Shown in pieces: positions 36,001 through 50,617 of a DNA stretch of 64,000 bases (its first letter is position 1; every line of letters starts with the position of its first letter). Source of the DNA: Octopus bimaculoides (Eukaryota). The DNA lies in NCBI RefSeq assembly GCF_001194135.2, contig NC_069003.1:35696679-35760678 (forward strand), written 5' to 3'. Position numbers and translations under genes: made by a program. Below the pieces are notes generated by a model. That model made no database searches and was not told the DNA's origin. It saw only the letters and a list, made by a program, of their open reading frames with translations.

Positions 36001-39000
36001 NNNNNNNNNNTGTGTGTGTGTGTGTGTGTATGTGTGTGTGTGTGTGTGTGTATGTGTGTATCTATGTATGTATGTTTGTATGTATGTATGACAGGATAAT
36101 AGTAATTACATGTATTGGTAATTGTGCAAAAGTAGAAATACATGATGATAATTTGAAAATTGGTTTTCTTAAATGTACTTTGACAGTTAATTTCATGTTA
36201 CTGGTTATTGACGAAGAAAACTGCATAGAAACAATGAAATATATTATGCGCGGATCGTAATGCATATATTTCTAGACATGTATGAAAGCGGCAAAATACT
36301 GAATATGCTAAGAAACATCACAACAAAATACTGTATGTTACATTAATTAACAAATGTGTTATGCCAACCTACCTGAAAAATAAAGTAGTACTTTAGTGCT
36401 GTTGGAAAGCAAAATCGAACTTTTTTTTATAGCTTCAATTTCTTTTTCCTTAGCCAACTCATTCCTTTCAGATATTTTGTTGCAGATTTTGTATTTCTGA
36501 AGCTTATTCACTGTGTAAGAATATACATTCACATGCATACATGTATATGCGTATATGTGTGTATGAATGTAATATCAGCTTCTTTCAGACATCTATTTTC
36601 CCGTTCGTTCATTCGTCTGTTCATCTATCTGTCTATCTATATCCCTATAAAGGCGTAAATAACAAGTACAAAGCGAGAAATATATATATATATATATATT
36701 ATATTGTATCATATATATAGTATATATGTGTGTGTGTGTGTCTTTGTATATGTATATATGTACACGCACACACACATACACATACTTACATATATACACA
36801 CACATATATATACATATATATATACATATATATATATATGTATATGCATATNNNNNNNNNNNNNNNNNNNNNNNNNNNNNNNNNNNNNNNNNNNNNNNNN
36901 NNNNNNNNNNNNNNNNNNNNNNNNNNNNNNNNNNNNNNNNNNNNNNNNNNNNNNNNNNNNNNNNNNNNNNNNNNNNNNNNNNNNNNNNNNNNNNNNNNNN
37001 NNNNNNNNNNNNNNNNNNNNNNNNNNNNNNNNNNNNNNNNNNNNNNNNNNNNNNNNNNNNNNNNNNNNNNNNNNNNNNNNNNNNNNNNNNNNNNNNNNNN
37101 NNNNNNNNNNNNNNNNNNNNNNNNNNNNNNNNNNNNNATATATATATATATATATTATATTGTATCATATATATAGTATATATGTGTGTGTGTGTGTCTT
37201 TGTATATGTATATATGTACACGCACACACACATACATATATCCATGCATATATAACCATTGTAAGCATATACTATATTAACAGATGTTTCGCACAGTTAG
37301 GGAGGAGAAAAGAAATATGAAGCATTCAATTATGTGTATGGATAGGAATAAAAAGTCAAGTTTGAGTGGGGCACACTTTGACGGTTACATCAAAGTATAT
37401 AATTGTGGTGAGGGTGCTGTGACAGTATTTTGTATTTTGCTCTTGATGTAAAGCAGTTTTTCACTTGTGAGAAATAGGGAGGGAAGTATATAACAAGACT
37501 GTATTTTTTAAACTTATACAATATATTTTTCCTATTATAATGAATTATATAATATTGTGGAAAGCATTACTATTGTATTAAAGCTAACGTAAAGTTGGGC
37601 TGTATAATACAGGACGCCAAAAGTTTTGTTCAGTAGAAATACACAAGATGCTGTTTTGATTGCAAGCGTCCACGTAGAAAACATCTACCCCTTGTGTACT
37701 GAAAGTTGCTACTACTATGTATATTAGTTTTGTGTGGGACATCTTTGCAAAGTAAAATTATTTGTTCGATAGTTTTTAATTAAAATGTTATAATGGTAGT
37801 ATTATATAATGTCTGTATAGAGTTATATATAGTATAATCTGTATGCATTTTTGAAAAGTGTTAGAAAATAGAAAATTGTAAATAAGGTTATGGATAATTT
37901 CATTTGATATTAATGCGAAATAATTACAACACAATTCATAATACTCTTTTATTTCTTGAAACAGATTAAATAGCATAAACTAATATTGACAATTTAAGAA
38001 AAATATATCGAAATGTTAATACAATGGTATAGATTATGAAAAGGAATAATAGATAGTACCTTTAACGTGTGAGATGAAAGAAAGAAATCTGTTACGTATA
38101 TGTGATTATATATTAAAATGAGTAACTTTCCCAAACAAGATAACTGTATCTATTGAGGTCATCTGATAAATACATTCCATTCTTGAAGTTCATTATTACA
38201 TACAATGCAAAATGTGTTCAACTTCACCAAACCAATACTTTAGAATTAATATCAATATAAGGTAAATAATTATAAGAGTGTATATTTGAATATGTTGCTG
38301 TGTATTTTCATAAATAGAAATGAGTGCAGTCATTTATGTGCAGACACATGCACAAAAATGACACTGCCGATAAATATTTTCTCCCTTTAAACCATCGCAT
38401 GCAGATATTTTTATGTATAAATGAAATTATAATTGAATAAAACAAAATAAGTTATATTTAAAAGTGCCTCATTAGAGATAACGAAATAGCGAACGGGTAT
38501 GACAAGCGTCCGGAATGAGTAAGATCTTCACAGTGTAAAAGATTTATTTATGAAAGTAAGTCATATCTACCGAACCTCGGTATGCCGCTTAAACGTGTGA
38601 TCAGCCATTAGAACACCCTTATAATACGAAGGCATTTCAGCAATATGGTAATCCCTTGAGCTTACAAAGACTACTCCCTCCTCTGAATTTCTATAGCTCT
38701 TTCGTTTTAGCTTTCCCGTTACCGCTTTGAATACATATTTGTGTGTTTGGGTGCTAATGTGTAAGCTAGCTCTCTTTGCTTTCACTGCCACTACCATGTT
38801 GAATTGTATCCTGTTCCCTCTATTATTATCTCTACGTGCTGTATACTTTTGCATCAACCTTCATTTCAATAATTACTGAAACACATTGTGAACTAACGTT
38901 CTTCCTTATTTTCTTTTCTTATTTAAACAGACTTCAAGTCTTAGAAGACTATGAATATTAAAACTACTGTTAATATTTAATAACAAATAACTAATTGCAT

Positions 39001-39242
39001 AATGCTCAAGTGTTTGATTACTTACTAAAGTGACACTTATTTTCATAAACTTTATATCAGAAAGTGTTAATATTTTCTCCAAAATGTCTAAAGATTTAAT
39101 TATGTATATCCATTTTACTATCAGTTATAATAATCACGCGTTAAAAATATGTGCAGTTAAATGGATGGGAAATTATGAACATACGGTACAAGGCAAATTA
39201 AATTTTCAAAATATGCTACCAAACAATACACCAATAAAGAGG

Positions 39243-39595
39243 ACTATGCATGGTCGCTCGACCTGCTAGAAATAGCAGACAAATTTCTTAAATTAGTCCC
39301 TACCTTTTTAAAAAGGACATATTGGATGATGTGATTCTAGGTGCATGGTGGCTGTGAAACAGACTGTGGTCACGAGGGGAATACCTATGATCATAGGTCT
39401 TCACGATAAGGGATGACCTTGTGTTAAGCAACAACCAAGGATTTCTCTCTATGGTCGCCCGGTCTAGTAGAAATAGCAGCCAAATATCCCTCAAATTGTA
39501 CTCCACTCTTAAAAAAAGAAAAGATACATTCGATAATGAAGTTCAAGATGTCTGAAAAAGAAAGGATGATCACTGCTAAACAACAGCAACATTTA
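39243..39595 (+). mobile_element. Two tandem partial copies of a LINE-type 3' tail ending in CAA-like repeats
   Basis: ATGGTCGCTCGACCTGCTAGAAATAGCAGACAAAT (about 39250) and ATGGTCGCCCGGTCTAGTAGAAATAGCAGCCAAAT (about 39451); units end AAGCAACAAC and AAACAACAGCAAC. Confidence 0.6.
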
Positions 39596-39819
39596 TTGAT
39601 AGCCAATATAAGTAATGTACGACGTGAGGCAAATATATTGTTTGCTTATTAGATCTATATTTATTTGTGTATTTTGTTTTAGTGAAACTAAATTTCATAT
39701 AAATCTGCCCTCATATAGATACTTATCATTGTTAAGATAACGTGTTATATTGTGATTGTTCATATGTTTTAAATCTTTAAAATCCTAATCCGGTATTATC
39801 TTATTATTAGGTAGCATAT

Positions 39820-40040
39820 AAGGCAGCAAACTGGCAGAATTGTTAGTGCGCCTGGCAAAGTGCTTAGCGGCATTTCGTCCGTTGCTACGTTCTGAGTTCA
39901 ATTTCCACCGAGGTCGACTTATCCTTTCATCCTTTTGGGGATCGATAAATTAAGTACCAGTTAAACACTGGGGTCGATGTAATCGACTAAGTTTCCTCTC
40001 GCCAAATTTCAGGTTTTGTGCTTTTAGTAGAAAGGATTAT
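39820..40040 (+). mobile_element. SINE family B, full-length copy
   Basis: Colinear with 12452-12672 from AGGCAGCAAACTGGCAGAATTGTTAG to GTAGAAAGGATTATT. Confidence 0.9.
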
Positions 40041-40339
40041 TAGATTGCATGAACAAATGCAAATAGTAGCACTTGTATACGTTTATTTAAAAATCTTGTA
40101 TTTCTTTAATAAACATAAATGAAATTTCATTCTGAAATTTTAGAAAAAAAGCTAAAATCATTATATACATCAATTAGAGTCAAACTGTCTTATTTTCCCA
40201 TTAAGTTTTCCGCTATCAGATAATATTTTTAGTAATTATCAAGATAATTCCTTATGTAATTTCGATATGTACATTTTAAAAAATTTACAATACGCAGACT
40301 TTGTTTTTGATTTAAAAATATACAAACGCTGATCATCAA

Positions 40340-40447
40340 GAACGTTTAGTTTGGTTTCCTACTAATGAACGTTTAGTTTGGTTTCCTACTAATGAACGTT
40401 TAGTTTGGTTTCCTACTAATGAACGTTTAGTTTGGTTTCCTACCAAT
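40340..40447. repeat. 27-bp minisatellite x4
   Basis: GAACGTTTAGTTTGGTTTCCTACTAAT at 40340, 40367, 40394, 40421; the last copy has one substitution. Confidence 0.97.
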
Positions 40448-40691
40448 GCTTCTTGAAATTTACGATTTAAAACAACATATTGTCTTTGAATTACGTTTGT
40501 CTCCTGCGTACTGTCTTTGTAAGGAAGAAGGTTTGTTATGCAGCAGGGTTTGACCGAGACGATGCCGCTGTAAACTAAAGGCATTTGCGTCCGTCACTTC
40601 TGAATGCATTTCTCACCGTGGCGGACTCTCTGGAAAGATTAAAATAAGTAAATCAATTAGTGTAGGGTACTGCTATTTTACTCATTCAATT

Positions 40692-40755
40692 AAATAAGGA
40701 TTAAATAAAATAAGGATTAAATAGAATAAGGATTAAATAAAGTAAGGATTAAATA
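40692..40755. repeat. 16-bp tandem repeat x4
   Basis: AAATAAGGATTAAATA units with 0-1 substitutions. Confidence 0.93.
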
Positions 40756-40899
40756 TAATCAAAGTATTAAACTTATTATCGTTGAAAAACACAGGAAGTA
40801 ATAGGAATTGTGAGTTCCAATGAGATATTTGAAATCAACAGTCCTTAACTTTACGTGAGTTGAAAGATTTATGAAGCATGAGACATTGCAAAACACATC

Positions 40900-41290
40900 T
40901 ATTTATTAAAGAAGCATACCTGTTCATACAAACATAATATATATGATTTGAATATTTGAAATTGTTGATAGAGTATTGTTGGTATTTTGCTCACTAATGT
41001 TCTCAGATTACTAAACATCTCCTCAAGATACACCATGAAGAGAACCGGTGAAAGTAATCGTTGTGCAAACGGTGTTATGTGATAATTTCCCACCCCGCAT
41101 TCTTTCCGCGTAAGCAAACAGGAGTCTTATCACTTGTACGCTGCCGGATTTCAAAAGTGGCTTAATCGTTTCGAGCAAAAGGTTATTTAATGTCTTTTTC
41201 CGTCTTAGTGTCATAAATAACAGCCTATTCTATAGTGTTTTATAAGCTTCAATGTTTTTACGGCGCTGCTCTTCGTCCTCTCATCAAACG
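40900..41290 (-). mobile_element. Decayed non-LTR RT remnant
   Basis: QRLLSPVLFMVYLEEMFSNLR resembles PQGD.LSP.LF..YLE; VQVIRLLF upstream. Clade not assignable. Confidence 0.5.
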
Positions 41291-41294
41291 CACT

Positions 41295-42800
41295 ATTATA
41301 CCTGCTCACAAAACATCTTGGCTTTAAAATGGATCCAGAAGTATCACCATTTTATATATCAACCATATAAGAAAAGCAATTGGACCTCATTACCCCATTT
41401 TCCATAGACATTGGACTGAAAGTTGATGAATCAAAATGTGTATTTTTGACAGTAAGACGCGGAAAAGTAGTGCCTCCCTCTGAAAACCTTAAAATGAGCT
41501 GCTTGACAATACAACCTCTACATCAGGTGACAATTATAGGTATCTTGGACAAGATGAGAATGTCAGACATGATGGTCCTATAAATAAGGAGAGGAACAGG
41601 AATGAAAACCCCAGAAGAGTGAAGAGAAATTGGTCGTCAGAACTCAGCTTACAAATAAATTGCAGCGCATATCATGCACTTATATTTGCCTGTCCTTTGC
41701 AGTGCGTCCTCACACTTATGTTTGGCCTTTCGAACTAGTCACTACAAGAACTCAATGAGATAGATGTCCGAACTCGCAAGTTGCTCAGTTTTACACGAAA
41801 TTTCAACATTAATGGAGCTGCAGACAGTCTATACTTCCCACGCATCGATGGTGGTCGTAGTCTCAAATCTGTATTGACGTCATACGAAGCACGTATTGTG
41901 ACACTGAAACAACATCTGCAACAGAGGAAAGAGACCAGTAACTATCTTGCCAAATTTTTCGTCCATTAAATTAATGACGTAATTAGAATAGCTAATGAAA
42001 TTGAGGATATGTATGAAATAAGAGCTGATACAGGGCTCTCCCCACGAAGCATTGGTAAAATCTATTTATCAGAAGAAAATTTTTAAAGATGAACGAATTC
42101 ACTGAGAAGGCAGTACAGGGCTACTTAGCACGAATATGACGAAACATGTACTGGATTGATCATGTTAAATGCTTGGCATGGAGCACCAACAAGTTTATGA
42201 CATACCATTTTGACGGCTACCTCCATGCAATTCAAGAACAAGAGATCCCAACCAAGTATCTACAGCATCACAGGCAGAAAACTTTGACAGACATGTAGAC
42301 TGTGCAAGACAAAGACTAAATGCATCAATCACATTATTGTCAACTGTAATAAAATGTCTTTCAGACACTCCCGTAATACAGTAGCCATGTAGGTCTATAA
42401 GGGGATAACAAAAAAGAAAATAGCTACAGAGGAAGTTGACGATTTGAAAGAATATTCAAAAGAATATTGGTGGAACCTAAATATTAAAACAGCCACCAAG
42501 TTAGAACACAAGCAGCCAGATATTATTTTGTGGGATCGCAAGGAAAAGTTACGTTCTATTTGTGGAAATGATCTGCCTTCAGGAGACCAATGTTGTTTGA
42601 AAAATACAAGTGAAAGAGGACATTTATGAACCTTTAATAAGGTGTTTGCATATCCACTAGCCAACATACATTTTCAGTTTCATATCCATTGTTACTGGAG
42701 TGACAGGATACGTACATACTAATCCGTCTGGAGCAAAGTATGACTGAACATTTTTCAATGTTTCTATCCTTGGCATCATATTTCACACCCCAGAATAAAC
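41295..42800 (+). mobile_element. RLE retrotransposon subfamily B (R4/Dong-like), RT end to RLE, decayed
   Basis: FSIDIGLKVDESKC, NYRYLGQDEN, RTRKLL..DSLYFPRIDGGRSLKSV, FDGYLHAIQEQEIPTKYL, CRLCKTKTKCINHIIVNC, KEYWWNLNIKT..HKQPDIILWDR. Confidence 0.9.
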
Positions 42801-43364
42801 CACATTTCCATGTAGTGTTCGTTATTTTCATGCATTTATGCATTTAATTCGTATTTCTTAGTCTGACAGAATCGTTAGTACGCCGGACAAATTTCGTAGT
42901 AGCATTTTGCCCGGCTTTGCACTGTGAGTCTATGAAATAAATAGCAATTGAGCACTGATGTTGATGTAATCGACTAGCTCCCTCCACCAAAATTTCAGCC
43001 TTTGTGCCGGTTTGTTATTAATGACAAGGAGCCGTTCCGTTTCGCTACAATCTGAAACTGTGTATAACAATTATTTTGTGAGTTGTTACGTGACACCATA
43101 TTTGTAATGAAGTAAATATAGTCAGAAGTAAACTCATAAATGAATATCCTGCATGATTTCTCATTCGTTACTATTAGATTTACTTTAAATTAATGAAACA
43201 CTTGAGAAACGTGTAAATTTTGCATATTCTTCTCTCATTTAATTTTGTGGCAAAATATCAAATTACTATCGCTAACAAAAACAATGACTAAACCGGTAAA
43301 ATTATATGCCTAACGACTTGTGATATCATATGCTAATTTCCTATTTTCATTTCTCATCACCTAT

Positions 43365-43578
43365 AAGGCGGCTAAGGTGGCGAGCTGAAAGAATCGTTGA
43401 CATGCCGGACATAATGCTAAGCGGCATTTCGCCCGTTGCTACGTTCTGAGTTCAAATTCCGCCGGGGTCGACTTTGCTTTTCATCCTTTCGGGGTCGAGC
43501 TGAGCACTGGTATCGATATAATCGACTTTCCTTCTTCTTCAAAATTTCAGGCCTTGTGCCTATAGCGGAAAGGGTTAT
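43365..43578 (+). mobile_element. SINE family B, full-length copy
   Basis: GGTGGCGAGCTGAAAGAATCGTTG...GAGTTCAAATTCCGCCGGGGTCGACTTTGCTTTTCATCCTTTCGGGGTCG...GGCCTTGTGCCTATAGCGGAAAGG. Further decayed copies at about 42862-43020 and 43582-43785. Confidence 0.9.
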
Positions 43579-45253
43579 TTATAGCGCGGCTAGCTAGCAG
43601 ATTTGTTAGTGTTGGAAAAAATTTAGTTGCAGCATTTATTCCGGTTATTTGCGTTCTGTGTTCAAATCTCGCCATTTCATCCTCTCGTAGTTGTTATAAT
43701 AATGTAAAAGTCAAGCACTGGATTCACTGGTATCGATAAATCCCCTTTCCCAAAAATTACTGGCGTTGTGCTGAAATCAGAAATCATTGCTCATTATTTA
43801 TCTAGTTAATATTCATGGGAAAAACATATCTTATGACATCAGTTTACCTCCTCTTAGTATCAATATAACTGCTATTTAGCTTTATTTACTAGTAAATTAG
43901 ATAAATCAATACTTATCCTTAACCTCACCGTACCTCAACATTCTGAATTCAAATCCTCTAGGCTAATTAAAAGTGACATACCAGGATACAGTCATTCGAC
44001 TATATTTCACTCGACTCCTAGAAGCTGACCATCTGCCCAGGCAAATTTAACCATTATCAAACCATTATAGTAAATAATGACCTTGGAAAAGATGAACTTT
44101 GTAACTTCTCTATATCTTCATCTAAAATGTTTCAGGTTATGAATGAGAAAGAATTAGTAATTCTGCTGGGACGTAGAGCAAAGGTTAACCCTAAACTATT
44201 GTCAAAGTCTCAGTTAACCCTAAACTACTTCTTGTCTACTAAAGCTGTTTTTACACATTGTCAAATGATTCAATACTCAACATTTAAGACACTATCCTAT
44301 TCGAATGTATCGATTCTTATATTGAGCAACATTTTGAATACAATTCTAGTGCAAAATTAGGATAATCTTCTTGAATATTTTCCTAAAAATACCATCAAAG
44401 ATTCTTTTAGGAATAAAAGTTTACCAGCTGTTACTATTATACTTAAACTCATTAAGATATAGAAATAAAAGAAGGCTGCGTTTCCTCCATCCTTTTTTGT
44501 TGTTGTTGCTGCAGCTGCTTCTCTATCAATTAACGATGTTCGTAATACCGTAACTAATATAAATCCTTTCTGAAATAAAATTATAGCTGGCATGTGTTTC
44601 TAAGACATGAAGTCTATACAACAAGGAAAAGTACTTATCTAGAAATTGTTCATAAACTTCATACACATAATAATGTTCACTCATAATAATCCTCTCTCAT
44701 CATATATATNNNNNNNNNNNNNNNNNNNNNNNNNNNNNNNNNNNNNNNNNNNNNNNNNNNNNNNNNNNNNNNNNNNNNNNNNNNNNNNNNNNNNNNNNNN
44801 NNNNNNNNNNNNNNNNNNNNNNNNNNNNNNNNNNNNNNNNNNNNNNNNNNNNNNNNNNNNNNNNNNNNNNNNNNNNNNNNNNNNNNNNNNNNNNNNNNNN
44901 NNNNNNNNNNNNNNNNNNNNNNNNNNNNNNNNNNNNNNNNNNNNNNNNNNNNNNNNNNNNNNNNNNNNNNNNNNNNNNNNNNNNNNNNNNNNNNNNNNNN
45001 NNNNNNNNNNNNNNNNNNNNNNNNNNNNNNNNNNNNNNNNNNNNNNNNNNNNNNNNNNNNNNNNNNNNNNNNNNNNNNNNNNNNNNNNNNNNNNNNNNNN
45101 NNNNNNNNNNNNNNNNNNNNNNNNNNNNNNNNNNNNNNNNNNNNNNNNNNNNNNNNNNNNNNNNNNNNNNNNNNNNNNNNNNNNNNNNNNNNNNNNNNNN
45201 NNNNNNNNNNNNNNNNNNNNNNNNNNNNNNNNNNNNNNNNNNNNNNNNNNNNN

Positions 45254-45690
45254 GAACTCGTCAACAGAGTTCATATTTTTTTCCGTCCAAATGATTTTGA
45301 AGACTGCGGAATAAGTGATAATCAGAGGGAGTGATATCCAGCGAATATGGTGGGTGGGGCATCGTTTGCTATTCAAACTGCTCCAACCTTTGGAATGTCA
45401 TCCTCGCTGTATGTGGCCGAGCTTTATCCGATTGGAAGAACACCTTTCGTCTTGAAACTAAAGATAGACGTTTTTCGATGGCATGCAGTTGTCGATAAAT
45501 GGTTGAATGACCAAATCCAAGCTCCTCTGCTAGTTCCTCAACAGTTACGATGGGATTTTCTATGACTCTTTCTGAAGTTTGTTTTTACCACCTTTTCTAT
45601 AAGTATTTCATAACGCTGGCATAATTTCCATTGTATAAAGTCTCGACTATGGCATGTCTGAAATTGTATTCTTTCTTGACCAAGGAGGTA
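45254..45690 (-). mobile_element. Mariner transposase relic, heavily deleted, running into a gap
   Basis: Minus translation NPIVTVEELAEELGFGHSTIYRQLHAI (HTH) and PYSLDITPSDYHLFRSLQNHLDGKKY (YSPD..PSDYHLF motif). Confidence 0.88.
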
Positions 45691-47710
45691 AAGCAGAAAC
45701 TACATGATTAGCTGTCACCTCCAAACCTCCACATATTCTGCAGATACTCATTGTATTCTACTTCACATTACATGTTTTCGGTAGTTTCTTTAGCAATGAC
45801 TGTGAAACCGACCTGCAATAAAAAAAAATCCTTCTATATCAGTTTTGAGCCCTGCGCCTTCTCAGCTCACACGGCTTTCTCAGGCACAGACTATGTAGAA
45901 GCTTTTATTTTAACATAGCATTTCATTTTATAATTTTAGCGTAACATTTTGTACCACTGGCTTTTAGTTTAGTTTTCAATTTATTCTTTTCACAGCGTTA
46001 CTCCTTTCTCATCACAATAACCTCCTTCTTCAACTTACACTTTGTATTTGTTAGCTTTCCTGAAGGCAGAAAATACTTCATTATTCGTTAGTAGTTATTT
46101 TTATGTTTATCCTGTTGAAGATACATAGATTTACATTTTTTACTTTGATTTATGCGGTCGGAATCGAACTGATCGTTTTGTTTTTGTTTTGTTTTTTTTC
46201 TGAAGGAAATGTTATGGCTTTTTATAAGAATGAATTGTCTGAAAGAGAATCTGTCTTTATGAAAAGAGGTTACCTCGCTTTACTTATTCTTTGTTGCTTT
46301 CTTAATTTGTTATATTGTATTCCTGGAATATTTGTTTGTAGTCCTTTTCAATAATTTTTTACTTTCTATTATTGATTTCATTAAAGATTAGGGGGTTTCC
46401 ATGTTGTTTTCTCACAGTTAAATGTTTCTAAATGAATAGATTTGAGGAAATATACATCGAGACTACTGCTACTATTCCACATCATTTGCTTAATTTTTAC
46501 GATATTGTTGTTTAAGATCACCGATTTTGCATTCTTTATTGTTAAACGTTATAATTTGGAGACTTTTCATAATGTTTTATAATTGGGAATGTGCATGAAT
46601 TATCACCTGTCGATTTTAATTATTTAACTCTCAACATCTTTAGATTATCTTTTCCCTTTCATACATATTTTTGTTCGTGTAGTTTTGATTCAAATTCGGT
46701 TGCTCAGTACTGGTTTGATTTTGGAGTTTTGCAATCTATTTTGTTTTGCATGTGCTTGATCTATAGAAGTGATTTTCATACTCACATTTATGTTTTTATT
46801 GATTCTTTTCTTTTAAGTGTTCTGTTTTTACATTTTGGATATTTTTTAGTTTGAGCGTGTAATTCCTTAAATTATTTAATCTGTTGAGATATTTTCTCTC
46901 CAGATATAATTTATAATTTGCAATAGTTTTGGTTTAGCTCACATTATGTAGCTATAAATCTGCTTGTATTATGGAAATATTCTCCTTGAGTCTAGTCTTT
47001 CTTTTATTTAAATTACAGTAATTTTCATAAAGCACTGTTTACCTGTATCTGGCGATACAGTTGTAATCAATCAGAAACTGAAAGCGTGAGGGATTTCTGT
47101 CCTCGCGTAAACACTACTTAGCAATGATAAAATAAACAACAAAGTGAATATCAGCAACAACGACGTTTGCATCAACAAAAATTATAATTATGTTGAAATA
47201 ATCGAAATTAACAGCAAAAGCAATAGTGCATAATTATAATATAGAAATATCAATATAAAAATATCAATATGTTGTCAATATCATAGTTGATACCATTCTA
47301 TATGTTAAGCTGGCGGCAAATTTTCAACACAATGTTACCCTAAACGAGGAATTACATTTGCCATTAAAGCATAGTAGATACGCAGAACTACATTATTTAA
47401 TGTGTCCTTTCTGTATTTAAAATAAAATGGAGTATTTTTTGAAAGAATATTTGGCTGTTACTTTTTGTAGGCTGAGCGACCACAAGGTGTGCCGAAATCC
47501 TTGCCTGCAAGCTAAGTTTCGTCTTTTTTCGAATCTGAAATCACTTGCGGAAGAATTCTCTAAAAACTACAAGATGACTTAAACCTTAGTACGAAAACTA
47601 ATTACACAGCCATGAATTTTGAAAATTAAATAATCATAATTTATCCAACACAAAATCGTTCCTTTGATTCGACCCTGCAACTAAAAAAGTGTTTTATGCA
47701 TGACATAGAG

Positions 47711-47777
<67 letters not shown>

Positions 47778-50617
47778 CTCTCTCTTTCTCTCTCTCACTG
47801 GTTTGTGACACTAGCTGTAATAGTAGTTGGGGTGGTAATGGTGGGATAGTGGAGGTGGGGTATCGTCATCGTTGTGTAAGTGATAACAGTGGGGATAGCG
47901 ATAATATTGTGATTAAAGTACAACGGTAATTATGAGAACATGAAATACGAAATCCCACCATTACTTTATTAATTTTGCATTTGCATTTTGTTAGTTTAAA
48001 AACATTTTCAGAAACCGTTTAGAGACAATCACTTATGTTAATTCACAATATTTGTATATAAGTTTCTAAGTACCTGATGTCCAAGCTTATCTTTTCTGCT
48101 ACGTGTTAATATGTATGTATGTATGTATGTATGTGAAGTAAATTAGACTACAACAGTTAAAATGAAGAGTTAGCTTTCTTTTCATAGTTTTCTGCGGTAT
48201 TACTCTAGTATTTAAACTGTTGCTTTAAACATCCGAATAGAGCAGAAAAACATTGAAAAGTAACCATTCTTATGAAATATATTATTCAAAATACTTATGT
48301 TGAGATCTATCGGATTTATGCTATGAAACTGAAAACTTGATAAAATAAAATTTCATTTGCAAGAATAACTCAGAAGATAATTTCTAAAGAAAAGGTATAT
48401 ATAAAAAGAAAATATAAACCTTCGCGATATATGGCTGAAAAAAATCATGATTACGAAGAATCAGCTGTATGTTGCATCTTCAATGGATGTCAATGAGCCG
48501 CACTGAAGAGAAGCGCACTTTTATGACTTCAAAGTAAACAACTACATGGGATTTGATGTCCTACTGGGAACAAGTCTCCGTACTCAGACATACAAAGAAA
48601 ATTACGCGCCCCCTTTATATCACATATATTATAGACACTCGCATAGATTTATTTGTTAAGACATATCTAGAATTATACGCAAAACACACCCAAACGCACA
48701 TTATTAATATAATTCATTTGAGAGAGTCTATCTGGCTTCTGGAATGTTTCAATTACATCCGATTTTAGCTAATAACGAACAATTTTCAGTTTACAGATGT
48801 TAAACTGTTAATAGGTACATTAATAATAGGATTTTATTTCAAAGTCCCCAGCTAGTCTTCACAACCGAAAATGTAATTCGAAGCAAATGAATTTGTACTA
48901 TATAAAATATATATTTCCATATTTATAAACTACCAAAATGGCCTTGATTAAATGTAATATTTTTTAAGCTTGGAAAAATATTTTCTAGGTTTCACTCTAT
49001 GGAGAACATGTAATTGCGATTAATTGTTATCTGATTTAGAAACTTACGTAAATGATTTTTATGAGAAGATATCTTGAATAAAATATTTACTATATGTCTG
49101 AAAAAGTTAGAAAACATTTGGAAATGCACCAAAAGAATTAAGTAAGTTGTGATACTAATGAATTATTTTCTTCCTCTGCAATTCAGAATCATTCGCAATT
49201 TAACACTCACTTTATTATTAAAATCGTTGACCAGTAGATAAAAAATATGAAAACTTTTTGTGTTCCGCCCAAAATAATGTTCTTTTACAATTAATCCCTA
49301 ATTAGGATTATATAACAGACGTTATTATTAGTAATAAATGTGACACAAATAAATCCAAAGATCCAGTGTTCACCAATGCGAGTTTGATGATAAATATGTT
49401 TTTACATTAGTCGTGAGCGGATTGTTAGCGAGTGATAGGTTGGGTATGGCAAAGATGAATGAAAGAAGATAGACAACTATGACCCATCAATATGTGGGCT
49501 TCATCCGTGCACTGCCACTTGGATATGAAACTTCCTGTCAGACCGAAATATTGCTGCAATAATTTAGCAAAACTCTCTTTAACAACTGCTCAATAAATTC
49601 TAGTGTTCATCAATGTTCGGTTATGCTTCTCACGGTTTTTCTTCTGTTTAATATGAATACAATTGCGATCACCTTCACCGACACTCACTCATACGTAAAT
49701 AGGTTTTCATTTTACCTTTATCCTCCGCTACCCTTGTATTACCTCCAAGTACAGAGCCCTATTAAGCATTATTGGAACTAGAATGAAGATATATTCTACT
49801 TCCAATAATATAGACACGATAATTGCTCATACAAAGGAACCAATTTCTACCGCCCCCTGATTATTCATGAACAACATGTAGGTAAACTCAAATTTAGATA
49901 AATGCTGCATCTGATAATTCTCATTTTTTATGGTTACCTGACATACATACCAGAGCTAAATCAGTATCTCAAAGACTTGGATTCTTCTTTACAACCAAGA
50001 AGTGCTTGCAACTCTGATCAGTTGATAATCTTCTACAAAGCGCAAGTTAAATTTATATTATATTATTGTTCCTGTTCACATATTTAAGACGCTGCTGCAA
50101 TGCACTCAAATCCAAGACCGAATAAAGACATTTCTCAGTGGCAGTGTCCTACCGGTAGATCTGGATTTACGAAGGTTGTGTTAGTGGTCACTGATGAGTG
50201 AAAGAGATTAAGAGAGAGAGACAGACAGATAGACATCTAGACAGAAAGAAAGACCGACAGACTGACAGAGCAGTCAATGCAGCATTCGGTCCAGGTATCG
50301 AATTTACGATCGAATATTACGTTCAAGATCACACTAGGCTAAGCGCCTTCTCGTATAGAATAAAATAAGCATAAAATAGACATCATTTTGATTGATTCTG
50401 TTATATGATTTGCGTCACTCGTTTGTATATTTATTCAGTATTAAGACTATTTTTTCATGTACCACATTTTCCAAAAATGTTTATTGGTTATCTGCTTGTG
50501 AAACTTAGAATGATATGATTCTTTCAATAGAATTTAAAATTTACGTAGTGATATTTTAAATACAAATAAGTTTATCACAATGAACATATATTTCACTCGT
50601 TATTTTGTTGCGGTTTA

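Noticed and set aside
36681-37236. About 100-bp direct duplication on either side of the gap (36681-36780 and 37138-37236); similar at 5750-5823
   Set aside because: Typical of unmerged contig overlap or haplotype ends at scaffold gaps; cannot be called biological without reads.
38567-38857. 96-aa minus-strand ORF of moderate complexity
   Set aside because: No recognisable motif or convincing splice context; length is compatible with chance.
40340-40447. 27-bp repeats as a CRISPR array, or the SLVGNQTKR repeat peptide
   Set aside because: Units are contiguous with no spacers, there are no cas genes and the context is eukaryotic; the peptide is a by-product of a unit length divisible by 3.
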